Assembly (NCBI GenBank): GCA_000182565.2
Contig: KQ257452.1
Origin: Spizellomyces punctatus DAOM BR117
Taxonomy: Eukaryota
Length of the DNA stretch: 64,000 nt
Strand: one strand, 5' to 3'
Shown here: piece after piece, positions 13,141 to 27,156 of the stretch
Layout: every line of letters begins with the position of its first letter
Position numbering within the stretch: the first letter of the stretch is position 1
Translations under genes and position numbers: made by a program
The notes under the pieces: model-generated
Seen by the model: the letters and a program-made list of their open reading frames with translations, nothing else
Told to the model about the DNA's origin: nothing
The model's database searches: none

Positions 13141-14754
13141 TTATTGGGTCTCTTTTTCCCGTGACGGCTCACTTACTACCGCCCCTTCCACAGCATCTTT
13201 ACGATTACTTTTATCACTCTTCTCATCTCCATCCCGCTCATCGCGTTCGGCAGGTTTTACCTTATCCCGCTTCTTTGACTTTTCGCTCTTCTCCTTTCCT
13301 TCCCCATCGCGATCTTTCTTGCGCTCACGATCTTTGGTTCGCTCCTTGTGTTTGTCCCCATCCCGATTCTTATCCCGCTCTCGACCTGACCTATCGCGGT
13401 TTCGGTCTTTTTCCTTTCGACTCCGATCCAGTCTAGAGTCATCTCGCTTGCGATCATCTCTCGAACGACCGGGTGAGCGGTCCCTTGACTGGTATCGAGA
13501 ACGATCCCGGGATCGGGTGCGGGATGCTCGCCGCCGACTGAGTGGAGATCTTGAACGGGATCTTCGACGCCGGTCCCATGACCGTGACCGGGAGCGTCTT
13601 CTACGCCGATCTGGGAACATAGTTGAGCCCGTCAGACGCACCACGGTGATGCAATGCTAGCAGGTTGTTTTCTTACCATATGACGGGGAACGCCGCGGTC
13701 GGTACCGTTCCGAAGGCTTGCTTCGGCTCCGGCTTCGACTTCTTCTGTGCATGGATCGACGATCTCTGTCCCCATCAACCGACATATCTTCCGAATCTCG
13801 TTCGCTGCCATACTTTTTGGCAATGGCTGCTTGAGCTTCTGCAACAAGTTTCATTGCAGGATCAGAAAAGGACTCTAGTTTTTTTGGCGTCTTATTTATG
13901 GCATTTTTTGAGTGGTTTACTCTGATGCTTGACGTGAGCTTTAAACCAATATTGGATACGCGATCATTGAGAAAGACCTACTTCAATGCACGATCACCAA
14001 GCATTATGCCGTTCTGCTTCAAAGCCTCCGATGCCCCTTCCTGAGTAACTAGTTACTCCATCATTATGAGTTTTGCCGCGTAAGGTGGACGGTAACATTA
14101 CGAGGATACTTACTAAACTCTACGAACGCAAACCGGGTCACTTGCCCAGGATCACCAGCCATTTTCACATGAGCAATGGGTCCACAGCCACCAAAGCATT
14201 GTCTGACATCCTCCTCAGTCACATTTGAGTTGATATTTCCCACGTAGACCGTCCGGGCAATTTCTTCAGCTTTCTGCGGGTCAAAATGGAGTATGGTTGG
14301 ATTTATGTTTGGATTGCGAGCCAAGAGCTCTGCAGAGGTTGCGGTTGGAGGTACATTTATGGGTGCTGGAAGGTCCGTCCCTCCAGTTGTGACAAAGAGG
14401 GTTCGATCCCCAAGATCGGTACCCGTCAAATGTAACGCTGTAATTGCAGATGTGGCATCGCCAAACTCCACTTCACACTCTTGTAAACCATCATTGTGTG
14501 GGCTGTTTGGGTTAAAACGTCGAATGAAAGTCCAGTAGGTACCTTACGGCAACTCTCGTTCCCATACCTGGGATGAAGGTCGAAATTACGAACTGTTCCA
14601 ATTATCTCAAACAGTTGCTTCAACAGTTCTTCTGTGACGTATGAGGAAACGTTGGCAACCTGGTAATTGCAAGACGATGTCACATTATCAGAGACCTTCA
14701 GGCACTATACAACTCTACATGTTTATCTACCTTGACCGTTGTACCGGAAGCCAT
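13141..14754 (-). CDS. SR-related splicing factor with two RRMs and an RS/RD/EK-rich tail (SREK1/SRSF11-like)
   Basis: RRM motifs VANVSSYVTEELLKQLF, RTVYVGNI, TRFAFVEF, followed by long RSRS and RDRE repeats. Confidence 0.85.
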
Positions 14755-15266
14755 CCGGATCTCAATGTAGAATGGTAAACGACGTAGAGAACCCTCGCAG
14801 CCGTCGCCCTGCGCGATGACTAACTATGACTAAGCCAACCATTGCTGGAAGCTGGCAAGCCTACACGTAAAGTTGCAAGCGATCACCTCAAGCTACTTGT
14901 ATCCCCGTTCATATCGTCACCGAAAGGTGATATATGTCATAACTTAATAGCTGGTACATAAGATACTTTGTTTCGTCTTTACAACGGCATCTGAAACCGT
15001 GCATCCATATCTCAAATTGTGGATAAAGACCATTAGGCACATCCACAGCTCGATTTGCGGATAGAAGTTATTAGGCAAACCAGAACCACAGCAGGTAGCG
15101 CGAGAAAGAATATTGAGCAGAAAATACGATGTTGATTTAAGTCCCTCCTCCCCTCTAGCCAATGGGCTTGAATGGCACGCATTCGGAGCCAACAATATCA
15201 AACGAGACTTCCTCCAAAACAGAAGGTCACTCAAATGCTGGCCAAGATGTTGGGCCACCACCGAAC

Positions 15267-16911
15267 ATGCTCGACGTTTCGGTGGGAGACGAGCTTGAGG
15301 CCTCTCCTTGGGCCATGATTGAAAGCGATCCTGGTACTTCATGGACATTATCCGGCATGCGTATCTACTACTAACATGATCGCTCATTGTTCGCTCAAAA
15401 AGGGGTGTTTACAGAATTGGCGGCCAAAATCGGCATTAAAGGGGTAGTAGTGGAGGAAATGTTTGGACTTGGCGAAGAATGTTTTGAACCTCTGAAGTAG
15501 GTCGTATTGCGAGGAGTTCTTTGCCATCCCGATGTTTAAGCACTGTAATGACCATATTCTCAGACCTATTTATGGGTTGATTTTCCTCTTTCGCTGGCGG
15601 GATGCGGACACAAACGAGAGCGACGTGCGTGGAGACATTGCAAATGATCTGTTCTTCATGAACCAGGTGAGGCTACGACTTTGGCCCCTCCACTCTGTCT
15701 ACTAGAGAGATACCAATCGGATCAACACCGGCACAGGTCGTCGAAAATGCATGTGCTACACAGGCGCTGGTTAGCATCGCCCTCAATTGTGACTTTCTTG
15801 ACATCGGTGAGGAGCTATCGCGCTTTAAAACTTTCACCCAAGATTTTACCCCCGCGGTATGTGGTCCATGATCAGGATGTATTTCTGCACTTGGCAGCTA
15901 AATGTAATTATAAAGATGAGGGGTTTGGCATTGACAAATAGCCATCTGTTGCGAACAGCGCATAATTCCTTTTCAAGGTGACTAATAATGAGCGTGGCTC
16001 GCACATCTCAGATCCCTAACCCATTTTGCCTCACTATTAGACAGACAGACCTACCCGTGCTCGACTATCCTATACCAGAAATCCATAAGAACCCCGGGTC
16101 CCGAAAGCGAAAATTATCAGAGACAGATGAAGATGCACCTTTTCATTTCATTAGCTACGTACCAGTCAATGGGATCGTGTGGGAACTGGATGGATTGAAA
16201 CGAGCTCCAAAGAAGCTAGGTGAGCCCGCGTGATTCTTGTTCTAATAACGGTACTAATCGTGTTAGAATATAGGCGAGGTACCTGATGGCTGTAATTGGA
16301 TTGATGTCGTACAACCTGCAATTCGAAAACGGATGGAAAGGTACATTTAAAGAAGCGTCAAGGCACCAGGACCTGGTCAACCTCTGACTGACGTACTTTT
16401 TGTCATTCTATCAGATACGAGAATGACGCGGTAGAATTTAGCCTAATGGCGGTGATTAAAGATCGGATTGAAACCTTGCGGGAATTGCAAGAGGACTGTG
16501 CTCGTTCACTGTCTGCGGTTCGTGAGCGTCTGAGCCATGAGGAGTCTGGACTGGTATGATACGAACCCAATGGTGTCAGGTGACACTGTCATGGTCTTTA
16601 TAACTTGGAAACTTCGTAGGGAATTCATCCGGACACTGCAAGTAGCCATTTGAACGAGTTGAGGGACACTATGACCAAGTTGGAAAGTCAGCAACGTGCA
16701 ACCCAACGCGATCTCGAAGATGAGATAGCAAAACGTGAAAAGTATCATGTAAGCGGTGATAAAATAGTCGAATTGTACACGTTTATAGCCACTAATAAGG
16801 AACATTTAGGCGGAAAATGTGAGACGAAGATTCAATTATGGCCCGTTCATTCGGAAATACATAGAAATTGTGCATCGAAGCGGATTTCTTGAGGATCTAC
16901 TGATCGCATAA
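15267..16911 (+). CDS. Ubiquitin C-terminal hydrolase, UCH37/UCHL5-BAP1 family
   Basis: WAMIESDPGVFTEL, QVVENACATQAL (catalytic Cys), FHFISYVP (His), WELDGLK (Asp) and C-terminal ENVRRRFNYGPFI. An upstream in-frame ATG at 15162 is also possible. Confidence 0.92.
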
Positions 16912-16992
16912 AAGCACAATTTTGGGTCGATCTGTATATAAACGAATATAATTATGATATTTTAGACTATGTACAGGTGCCTTCCAAGCAGC

Positions 16993-19900
16993 TCAGTCAG
17001 AGTCCTGCGGGGAATGTTATGAGAAATCAAGAGCCAATCAAGAATTGTCACAATAGAGTACAATACCTCAAGGACCCTCCTTCGCTTCGGTTTTGTTGAA
17101 AATCCCATCTCCTCGTCGCTATCTGTGGACACCACCAAATGAACATCAGTTCCGAGGGACAGAATCTAACTCTGGGGACATTGAACGTTACCGTTCATGC
17201 GTTCGGTGGATTGGACTCCGGTCGCCGTTGCGAGTGGCTTGGCGAGGAAGGAGTCAGTCGGCCTTTTCGTTTGTGTCGAAGAAGGGTGCCGCCGGTCTGT
17301 CATGAAATCATCCTCGAAGAGATTTGCCAGGTCCTGCCCAAACCGACGCAGAGCTTCATTGGCTTCTTCCCTGCCGTGGTCCACTTCTGAGTCAGTATCA
17401 GCCGAAGGTCTCTCAATGTTATCATCGCTTTCACGAGAATCATCCGATTCATCACTGCTGCTATCATCTACTTCTGCATCGCTACCGTCACTAAGAGACG
17501 AGCTGTTCTGGTCATCTTGAGTGGTGGCTGCTTTGGCAGGTGCCGCTCTCGACGGTTTTTGGTTTGCCAGAGCCGTAGCTACTGCTGCTCCATGAAGCTT
17601 AGCCATTTTCACGCGCCGCTCCGCTTCCGCTCTGAAAAACTCTTCATCGCCTTCAGTGTCGTCACTGTCTTCAATATACTGATCAAATTTGATTTAAGTT
17701 TTTCACAGAGGGCATAGTGCGTAGAAATGCGATGTACATACCGCGGCCGACTTATATATCTTTGGCTCTTGCTCTTTCGCTTGCCGCCGTCGTGAACCCG
17801 AAGACTTGCGCTTATTCCGTCTCTTTCGAACCATCTCAGAGGCGGGTTTGCTACCTTCCATCCCTACTTGCATGAAGTTAACGATCATCTCTCGATTGGC
17901 AAACAAATCGGCTGTGGGGATGCTCGACGGAATGCGCCACCATGTGTCGTATAACTCTGGAGTGTTGGTGAAGAGATTTCAGTGCGTATTTGATGATGAG
18001 ACGGGGGAAGTGTGTGTGGCGTACCTTCGACCTCCTCGAGCTTCAGAAGTCTGAGTAACAGCCTGAGACGAGTATTTCTCTTCAAGGCCTCTTTTTTCTC
18101 TGGAACGCTTCCCTTCATATCTGTTCGCTCGCGATCAGCACAGGACATGAGTTCAGTCCATTGCCGACCGTTCATTTCTTACCATATGATTCCGCGCTGA
18201 CCTCGCTCGAGAGGAGTTCTGGCCCACCATCCGCGGGGGGTCGGCCAACTCGCATTGTTGCCGCCTCGAGAAGACTCTGAATCCTTTCATCAGCGTCAAA
18301 TTCCAAAGAGAACCACGTAAGCACGTTCCACCTCCTTGACCCATTCTAACAGGTGTGTCTCTTCCTTTTCCAAAAGCAGCGCCACTGCCACCTGAACTTC
18401 CTGGCTCCATGTTAACCTAAAAAAGATACATGAGAATTGTACAAACAGAAGATATGATAAATGGACTTACCCCGGCTTCACCTCGATCTCCTTCACTGGC
18501 CTGTAATAGACGCAGAACATCAATCGTAAGGACTTGGTGATTCACGCTAGTCGGACTTACAAATCTTTATCAGCAGACGGAAGCTTTTTTTGGCAAGGTG
18601 GAGCGACGTTAGATATCTGTTAGTTGCATTAACCACAATCCATCAGTTACATACTTGCTCGCTTGTTTGTAACTTGCCACCATTTTCGATTCGTTGACAA
18701 TCTGCTTTCGTTTTAGGGAATAGCACCTGTTTATTGGTTTATCGTTAATGTAAGTTGAGAGCTACGGGAAAGCTTGGCTTATAACGAGGCTCTTCTTACC
18801 TCCACCAGTAATACAGGGTTTTTTGCCGCCTTTTTGAAGAATTTGGCAAGCATGTACTTGATAAATCCGTACAATTCTTTGTGTGACTTAGTCGATGGCA
18901 ACATTCGGATGTCGGTCAGTATGCGATTGAAGAGCTCTAATGTTGACAACTGTACCGACGTCAATCATTCGTGAGTCAGCAAATCTTCCCATTTCTGGAC
19001 ACTTACCTTGTAAAAGAAAGCTTCAGCCTTACTTTTCACGAAGATTCGATGGAACATTCGTGTAATATGATCAATAGAGCGTTCGTCAATCTCGCGGTAG
19101 TGTTTCAGTAAGGCACAGTATGTGCTGACAACTGATTCGGAAGCAAACGCCTAGTGACCGTTGAGTACATGTTAGTGGGCACTTTCTGCTGGACGTTCCT
19201 TTCTACCCACCGACTCAATATCCTCAAATTTGAACTGGCGCTCCACATAATCAGATTTTTGTGGCGCCACAGATTCCTCCTCCCCGGAGTCATAATCTTG
19301 AGTCACATCGGGTTCAGTGGAGTCTAATCAAGTTTTGACTGAGCCTATATCTCTTAAAAACCAGCAAACGATGTCAGTCATACCTTGAACCGCAGGTGCC
19401 TTCTTACTATTTCCTCCTTTTTTCTTGCGAGTAAACATGATACCCTTGTTCTTGGCATACGCTTCCAGCATTTTAAGGAGTATATGAACTACTTCAACAA
19501 GCGTCTTCAGGTAGCTGGCAATGATAACGGTACAAGTAAGCCTTGAGAGGGACGAAATAAAACTCAAAACCTTTCGCAACGGTACCTCAAATGCAATGGC
19601 CGCTTAAAATTCTTGACCAGGCTTACAACCTGTTCAATGCTAGCGTGTTCGTAGTACATATTGCTTTGCATGTTCTCGGATGCTTCACGATACTCCTCGT
19701 TTGTAGATGCCGACATCGCGTCCAGTACTAGAAGCTGGTTGCATCAAGTCCACATCAAAAACCGTGCGTATGTTCACAATGATACGGATGTGCATGCGTA
19801 CCATGTGCTTTAGGCAGTCCATTGCAAGATATAACTCTGTCCATCTCTGAATCCAATTATGCCGATCAGATTCGTATTGGACAACCGCATTTCCAAATCC

Positions 19901-21830
19901 AGTCAGGCTACCTTTTCGTCCTGGGACATTCTCATTCGCTTGAACACGAATTGCAATCCCCGCATATTCAAGAATCCAGTGACAGTGTCGAAGTCAAGCG
20001 TCCCTTCGGTTGGAGTCGTTCCGATGTCCTGCACCGATTTTCGACTTTGCTGTAGTAAGTTTGGTAAGAAGGGGTGCAATATCCGTCTTAACGTGTGTCA
20101 CATACCCGCAATGCGCACAGCTGAAACTTTAGAAAGAAAGAGCACAGCCAGAAAAAACGGGCATAATGGTCATCCTGTACTTTATCTCGTTCCATATCAA
20201 AGTCTCGCTTAACGCACGACATGAGACCTGCAAGAGTAGTCAAGTGAATCGTGATCAGGTGAAGTGGGAGTCTTGAGGCTTATAGATAGTGTGCGTAAAA
20301 ACAAACCATTGAAACAGTTTTCCAGGAAGTCCTTTGCAGTCCGCTCGTATATTCGAGCTGCCTCTGCGCTCCTGATACCGCGTTGCTTCTGATACTCGTC
20401 CTGCAGTCAAGTACAGTGAGAAGCCTTTCCCATAAGGTTATTAGAAAAGTGCATATCACCTGCGGCATCCCTTTTCGTTGACCTCTATTTTCGGATTTGT
20501 CCTTATCAAGGGCTTCCTCCACCGAATTCAACGCCGATGCCGGGTTATGTACCGTAAAAGTTTGTCCGTCCTACTACGATTTCAGACTCGCAACCACCAC
20601 AACCGTAATCAGGGAAAGGGTACCTACACTAAGTTTAAAAGACAACGTCCCTCCAAATCGAGAGTGCCGCGATGCCGGTTTTCGTGCTTCTCGTCGTTTA
20701 CGTCGTTCCTCCTCCTCTAAGAGCCTAGCGAGTTCGATCGACGCAGTCTATATTCTCATAAGCATTGACGACTATGGTAGTGGCATAGGAGGGGCAATTA
20801 CCTTGCTTTCCGCCAATATCGCTTCCGGATCGCGCTCCAGGAAAAAGTAATAGAAAACCTCCATCAAAATAAGATTCCACTCGGCATATTCACGTTGATC
20901 CATCGACCCCGCAAATGAAAGTAGAAGCTGTATGATGTCCGCTTTTTCCATGCATTGGATTAGGTGCTCCTGTATTCTGGCATCAGATGACTGACCCGCC
21001 TGATTGTGTCGCTCATGGCTCACCTGTAGAGTAGACTGCATGTACTTCTCCGTTGTTGACGTCACTGCTGCCTGTACATCTTTAATGGCCAGCAAGTTAC
21101 GGAACAGTGTCAATATCAAGCCAATCAGGCCATTATCCCTGTCCGATCGATCTCTAAAGGCGTCGAGAAGTCACTAATTTAGTTCCTCTACATCACTGCA
21201 ATTTCGATGATTCGCGGCATTTCGCGTACTAACCTATGATTTACAGAAAGCGGTTTGAGCAGCTCCTCCAGAATTGCTGCCAACACGCCCTCCTTCAAGA
21301 ATACTTCTTTGTATCCTCGTTGTATTTCCAGGAGCTCTGCAGCATCAGCAGACGTAGAATCTACTGGCCATGTCAATGGGATAAAAAGCTGCACTAAACA
21401 GACAGAAACGCGTGTTATGGCCCATATATTAGGCAACCCTTGGAAACTACCAGAATACGATATGCCCTCAAACTAACCAACTGCCTGGGCAATCTTGTCC
21501 TGGTTTGCAGCATGTGCATTCATAAGAATCGGTATCAAATCCGTTTGAAGTATCTTCCAGCGGCCAAGGGCACGGACTATATTCCTTTCCTTCGAGAGGG
21601 CGTCCTCCTTCCGCAGAAGACGCTTAAGGTCACGCAAACAAGCTATGGCACATGAGTAATTATAACTATGGTCAGCTCCTCTAGTGCGTACCTAGCGCTT
21701 CGTCGCCCATGACATATTGCTTCTCGAGCACGGTTTGGCCATCTTTGCCCAATACTTCTTTCTCCTCATAGCCGCCCAGTGCAGCACATATCGACAGCAG
21801 GTGAGAATGCTGCGTCTCTTCTTCGTCCAT
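16993..21830 (-). CDS. TOF1: Timeless/Tof1/Swi1 replication fork protection complex subunit
   Basis: LLSICAALGG...YVMGDEALACLRDLKR, QTDLIPIL, LFIPLTWP, LTLFRNLLAI, EWNLILMEVFY, SRHSRFGGT. Acidic C-terminus. Many exons. Confidence 0.92.
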
Positions 21831-21900
21831 AGTTTCAAATTTTAGGGAATGTACCTTCCACAAGCCTAAAGCCCGAGTTAACAGTCAGGCAAGGACAGCG

Positions 21901-21915
21901 ATGATGACTCATCAT
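21901..21915. promoter_or_regulatory. Extended pseudo-palindrome ATGATGACTCATCAT (AP-1/Gcn4-type)
   Basis: About 70 bp upstream of the TOF1 ATG, in the TOF1/medA divergent region. Confidence 0.45.
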
Positions 21916-22689
21916 ATGTCCATCGGTTCGGACATAGTCTGTGATCGATCACGTAAGCTTACCTCCGCAAGCTCGCTCTCGATACTCCCACGGCTGGGAG
22001 GGCCTGCACGGACCTATGGCGTAGCGAATCTTGGTGTTGGTAAGTGAAGTCAATTTTGTGTGTCATAGGTTTCAGCACACTTCTCTCGCTATGAAGGTCA
22101 GGAACCGGAAAGCCAGCTTCCCTTGCTGCCTTATGAGAATGAGGGCGATGGTGTTACTTCTGCTAATGTGGAGGTTCATCAAGGCTCGGGGAGCAAAAGG
22201 TGTCTGCTCAATCGTCTCCACATGGGCTTGGGATGCCTTCGGTGGTAGAGATCCTCAGGGGCAAAAAAGGACAGGAAAATTAGGTCTTTCCTGATGTCTA
22301 ATATGGAACTAAATCGGAATACAATGGTTTGAGTCAGATGTCCGAATGCCGATTGAAGTTTGAATTGTAACGATGTTCACACAGTCCTTCTCGCATTTAT
22401 CGTCCCTGATTCATCGTCCTCACATGCACGGATCATAACTCTGCGCTTGTTCTAGATTTGAAAAATGTTTTCGTCACCACCAGGTTGTTGAGACCTGCCA
22501 CAAAAATATCTTGAATGAACGTAGCAAGCGTAAGAAGGGGAACTTCTAGTGTGGGCATTTTCCCAAGGTTCAAAATAATTGGTTTACACCAGCCAAATAT
22601 CAGTCTTCAGTGCTCCCGAGAAGGCTTGTCCATTAATCGGGATATTCGACTCGCCAGCCGGATACCCACTGAAGACACAAGCTGTCCAT

Positions 22690-24365
22690 ATGAGCAGCCA
22701 AGCTACTTACCTGCCTTTCCAGGGTAATTCAAAAACTTAGCTTCCAGCAAACTTCATGATACCTCAGCTCAATCAGATATTGTATAGCTAACCTATTAAA
22801 TCTCACTAGATGTAACAGGGGATCTCTACAGCTTGCCTATGACAGAGCAGCCAGAAGTGCAGATTATTGATTGGCGTCCCTACTCTGGACAATGCGGGAG
22901 CCACTTCGAACTGGCTATCAAGTTGGAATCCGATGTGGCTTACACAATCTTTTCAGTTGCATTCGGCACTTGCGTTGTGACCAACGTCGATCATGCGAGG
23001 CTTGGCGACGGGTATTTGGTGTTGACCACCAACGTTCCAGCGTGGTCAGACACTGGATGGAACGGGGGGCAAGTGCCGGTGCATCTTATTATGCAACATG
23101 CTGGCCGCCCAGAAACCATTTATTCAGGTTGCCTGGGATCGTTTACTTACAATGAATACCTGGAGGGTAAGGAAAAAAAAAAATCGGTTGTTGCATTTAG
23201 GTTTTGTCAGACTCATTGTTTTGTGTCGTTTAGAACCCATTTTTACAAATTCCCGCGAATCGTCGCTCGAAGAGCCCTGGGAATTGGAGCCGCAGCCCTG
23301 CGACTTCTCATTCGCAAGCTCTCACCCATTAAGTCAAGCTGCACAAATAACCGATCTCTGTGAGGTCGACCCAAGTACGATGTTGAAGCTTCTCACTTGT
23401 CGAATCACCGTACTAACAATTACCGCCAGGCGCCCAGGCACCTGCGGGTGTGCTATGGCGAAGTCTTCCTCAGCTTATGGATAGCGCACACCAGTGCTCA
23501 TCTCCTGAAGAGGACCCTACCACCTTTCCGAGTAACAAATCCGCTTCTGATACGGCTATGATCTTGTGGACATCCGAGCCCTCTTTGACGCCATCAAACT
23601 CGTCATCATCCGACTCTGCGGAAGTGACACAACTGCAGCCGTTGGCTCCTCTGTTTGAGACGGGAGATATAAAATATTGTATTGATGACTCAATTACTCT
23701 GATGGATACCTTGAGCAACTGGTAAGATGCTGTCAAGTATTTCAATAGCCATAGGAGAAACACGATTCGCCTTTAATGCCCAAGGGCACAGGTCCGCAAC
23801 CGAGCGATTTGAATGTCGTCGTTTGGTTCAAGTTCGTAGCGAAAGTACTGGGGACACCGTGGTGTGTTCATTTGGTCCAGTACGTGAGGACCAGATCCAG
23901 CCAACGGACACGATCGTCTCATGCATCTTCTGGGAAGCTCGACGAGCATGCTTCATTACGAGTGTTGAGTAAGTGAACGCCCAGCCATTTCATTGCTCAT
24001 CAAGAATTACTGTTGATAATATTCTCTTTAACCAGCTGCATATATCTGCTGGAATCGTTACTGGAAAAGAGGTACGTGGCTTCATTGAATCTTGGGGACT
24101 GTTGTCATACCACTATTATTTCCAACAATACCATGGTATTAGGTTTACAGTGGAGGAGAAAAATCGAATACGGCGCAATTTGGAGGCATTCCGTCCATCA
24201 ACCATATCAAAAACAAAACCTGAAACCGAATCATTCTTCAGATTAATTATGAGTTTCCCTAAACCTCGTCCCCGGAACATCGAAAAGGATGTCAAAGTTT
24301 TTCCTTGGAAAGTTTTGAAAAGTGCTCTATTAAAAGTTACTGCAAAAAGCACACTATTCGCATAG
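22690..24365 (+). CDS. medA: Medusa (MedA/ACON-3)-like developmental regulator
   Basis: Conserved C-terminal block IVSCIFWE..ACFITSVDCIYLLESL..RFTVEEKNRIRRNLE..FFRLIMSFPKPRPRNIEKDVKVFPWK. First intron 22724-22809. The 3' end may extend further through an extra intron. Confidence 0.85.
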
Positions 24366-24650
24366 GGCCACGAGCTATAAACAGTCTCCCTTTGTAGCAA
24401 TTTGTGCTATTTGGGTAATAGTATCATGTTCTTGTATGTCCACAGCCTGTGTGCGGTTGCTGTATTCTATTACCAGACGCGAGCGCCATCCAGAGGGCGC
24501 CGGTGTCCGTGGTTTCCACTCTCCATCCTACCGCAATGGAGCAGATGTGGAAGACGAATGCTAGGGCGATTCTTGCCACCGGCTCCACCGCCTTCGGAGA
24601 TACCTGGATTGAGGATGTAAACCGTCATTCGGTTCTCCCTTTAATGTAAT

Positions 24651-25928
24651 TCATAAAGTCTCATATATGTTGCTGATACCACATGCGCAGGTTTGTTTAT
24701 ATCTAAGCGGTTGTTGAGTGAGAATGTACAAATGAACAAATAACAACATCACTCACTCGCCCGTTCCTTCAAGTAGTTGAGGCTCTCCGAACTTGTGTAC
24801 GTGCGTTTCATCCGCTCTTCTTTGCCAGGTGCTAGTTCGCGTCTTTTTTCGCAATTCTAACATGAAAGAGTCACTTCAAATCCCGTAATATACCCTAATA
24901 TTACAATCGGTTCTTCATACCGCTCAACTTTGACTTAAACTTTTTCTCTTTTCGTTCCTTCTTCTCCCTCTCCCTACTTTCGAACTCTCGATCCAGTGCC
25001 TCTGGGCTACCCCATTTCTCCCAAGCAAATTTCTCGACCTGGTGCCAGGCGCTTGTCAATCATGCTCACTTGCAGAAACTAGTGCATGACCTTACCTGAA
25101 AACGCAGATACAACAGCATATTGCTATATGTCGACTTGTGTGGATTTGGACGTTCCCAATGTGGTAAACGACTACTATCACGGAGTTCGCCTAGGCAAAA
25201 TGCGGACTTGATCAGAAGATGGACAGAATGCGATGTAACAACAGGCGCGCACTCTCTGTCAAAAGATAATCCTAATCGAAAGTCAATAAGATCATCCACG
25301 AGAGAATCACGAAGGGGATGCAGACAACAACCTCTCTACACTCAGTTTTAGTCAACAGGCTATATTTCTCTGAATGTTTGTCTTTACAGGAACGGCACAC
25401 CTCAATGCGAAAGTGCTTTTGGAAGTGAGGGTCAACGTCTATCGACTGACATGCCTCACATCGAGGGTTATTCTCCATGACCAGATCAATCGCTATTAAA
25501 AACAGGACGTTAGGGTCACAAGCATTCGGAAGGAAATGCGAAACTGGACACACGTGGCTCATAAACGACCGTCTTTTCTTCATGCTTTTGCTTCTTGGAA
25601 TCTGGCATGCCTTGTTCCTCCAGAATAAACCCTCCTTTCGTATCCTTCATTGTGGCAAAGTTGTACTCGCCTATGTAATTGATAAACGTCGAGTACACAG
25701 ACGATAACGGCGACGCTCAACGGGCAGCTTACAGTAGTTCAGATCAATTGCTCGTCTTTTTCTTTGTACGGCCGTCGGTTTGGCCTCGGCATTTACTGGG
25801 ACAGAGCCGGTAACATTGGGCTCCACAGCTTTTGTAATGTTCCGCTGCTCCAGTCGCGCTTTTGCTACAGCCCGATTGTTGGCAATACGAGCTATTTCGT
25901 CCACAGATCTAGTTGTCTCTTCCGGCAT
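24651..25928 (-). CDS. RAD14: Nucleotide excision repair protein XPA/Rad14
   Basis: [15 protein letters not shown], zinc finger CEAC...[52 protein letters not shown]. Confidence 0.95.
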
Positions 25929-26037
25929 CTTTCGACTGCGCTAACAGATAAGTATGGTATTTGTGTTATTTATTGTTGGAAATGGTCGCAGCGATCTGCA
26001 AGTGGACGACCTGAGCGGAACTTCAGATTGTCATAGT

Positions 26038-26046
26038 TCACGTGAC
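26038..26046. promoter_or_regulatory. E-box TCACGTGAC (Cbf1/bHLH-type)
   Basis: Lies in the 194-bp RAD14/NDUFA5 divergent promoter. Confidence 0.45.
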
Positions 26047-26122
26047 GCCCACGCCACAGAATCTCAATTCTCGCCGAGCTTCAGTTGAAGACAACAGTTT
26101 AACCCATCGTGGAGTTGACACC

Positions 26123-26767
26123 ATGAGAATCTTCAGACCCTTGCTACAGGCCGCAAAACTTAAGGAGGTAAGCTTTTGATCTTGCGCCGTATAGCCACCC
26201 AGCATTGCATATCGCGTGTCAGCTATGGGAAGCGGTGTTGAAGCGAGCTCCGGCCCAGTCGGTACAATAGTCATGTTTGGAGGACGTGCCTTGCTCACCC
26301 GCTGGTTACAATTAGACGACAGGCCTTTACGGCGTCCCCGTCCATCCCAACCCACGCCCGCACCTCATCTCCTTGTACCAACGCATTATTCATACTGCTG
26401 AGCGACTCCCCGCTGCCTCCGCTTACCGTCAGAGTGCCGAGGCTCTCGCAAAGCACCGATTGGCTGTTGTTGAGAAACATGAGGACGTTTCGGCTATTGA
26501 GCAGGAAATCCAGGCAGGCCAAATTGAAGAGCTCATAGAGCAAGCGGAGGATGAGCTAAAGCTTATACCCAAAATGATGGATTTGAAGGTAATGTGGATA
26601 TGGAAGCAAGTGACCTACGACATGGTGGACGTTTGTCGGCCACTATGCTGGTCTTTTACGGACATGTATTTACTTACCCCTTCGCATCTTACTAGCCCTG
26701 GGAACCTTTGGAGGAGCCAGCACCTGCAGGCCAATGGGAATACTTTGGCAAGGGGAGAACAGCGTAG
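26123..26767 (+). CDS. NDUFA5: NADH:ubiquinone oxidoreductase subunit NDUFA5 (B13)
   Basis: TTGLYGVPVHPNPRPHLISLY...AYRQSAEAL...GQIEELIEQAEDEL...KPWEPLEEPAPAGQW. Two introns. Confidence 0.95.
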
Positions 26768-27156
26768 ATAGTTTTACACACATAAAGACCCGATATCGAT
26801 ATATTGTTTGATGCTTTATCCTTCCGCTTCCTATTCTCTTGTTGCCCAAATGCGAGCTTTCTCTCGACAGCTATATTTATTAATCCAGCAGAATTCTTAA
26901 CTGCGTTTGCGACGGTGCTTTGTAAACCTGAATATTGATATGGTCAGGTCATCAACCTTTTTTGGGAGAACCCCTACATATTTCGATCACGGTTATGGCC
27001 CGCTAGGGTCGAGCTAAGAGATATCCGCACGGAAAATTACCTGATCAGGAATGCGGGCCACGGGTTGCACATCCAAAAACTCAGCTAGTGACCTTCTCAT
27101 GCTTACACATTAGGAGCGCAATTCATGCCAGTATTAGTTTTTACGTCTGATCTGAA

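Noticed and set aside
13130-13660. 176-aa Ser/Arg/Leu-rich plus-strand ORF
   Set aside because: Antisense shadow of the RS/RD tail of the SREK1-like gene.
26168-26315. Longer-than-usual NDUFA5 intron as a possible snoRNA host
   Set aside because: No convincing box C/D or H/ACA motifs.
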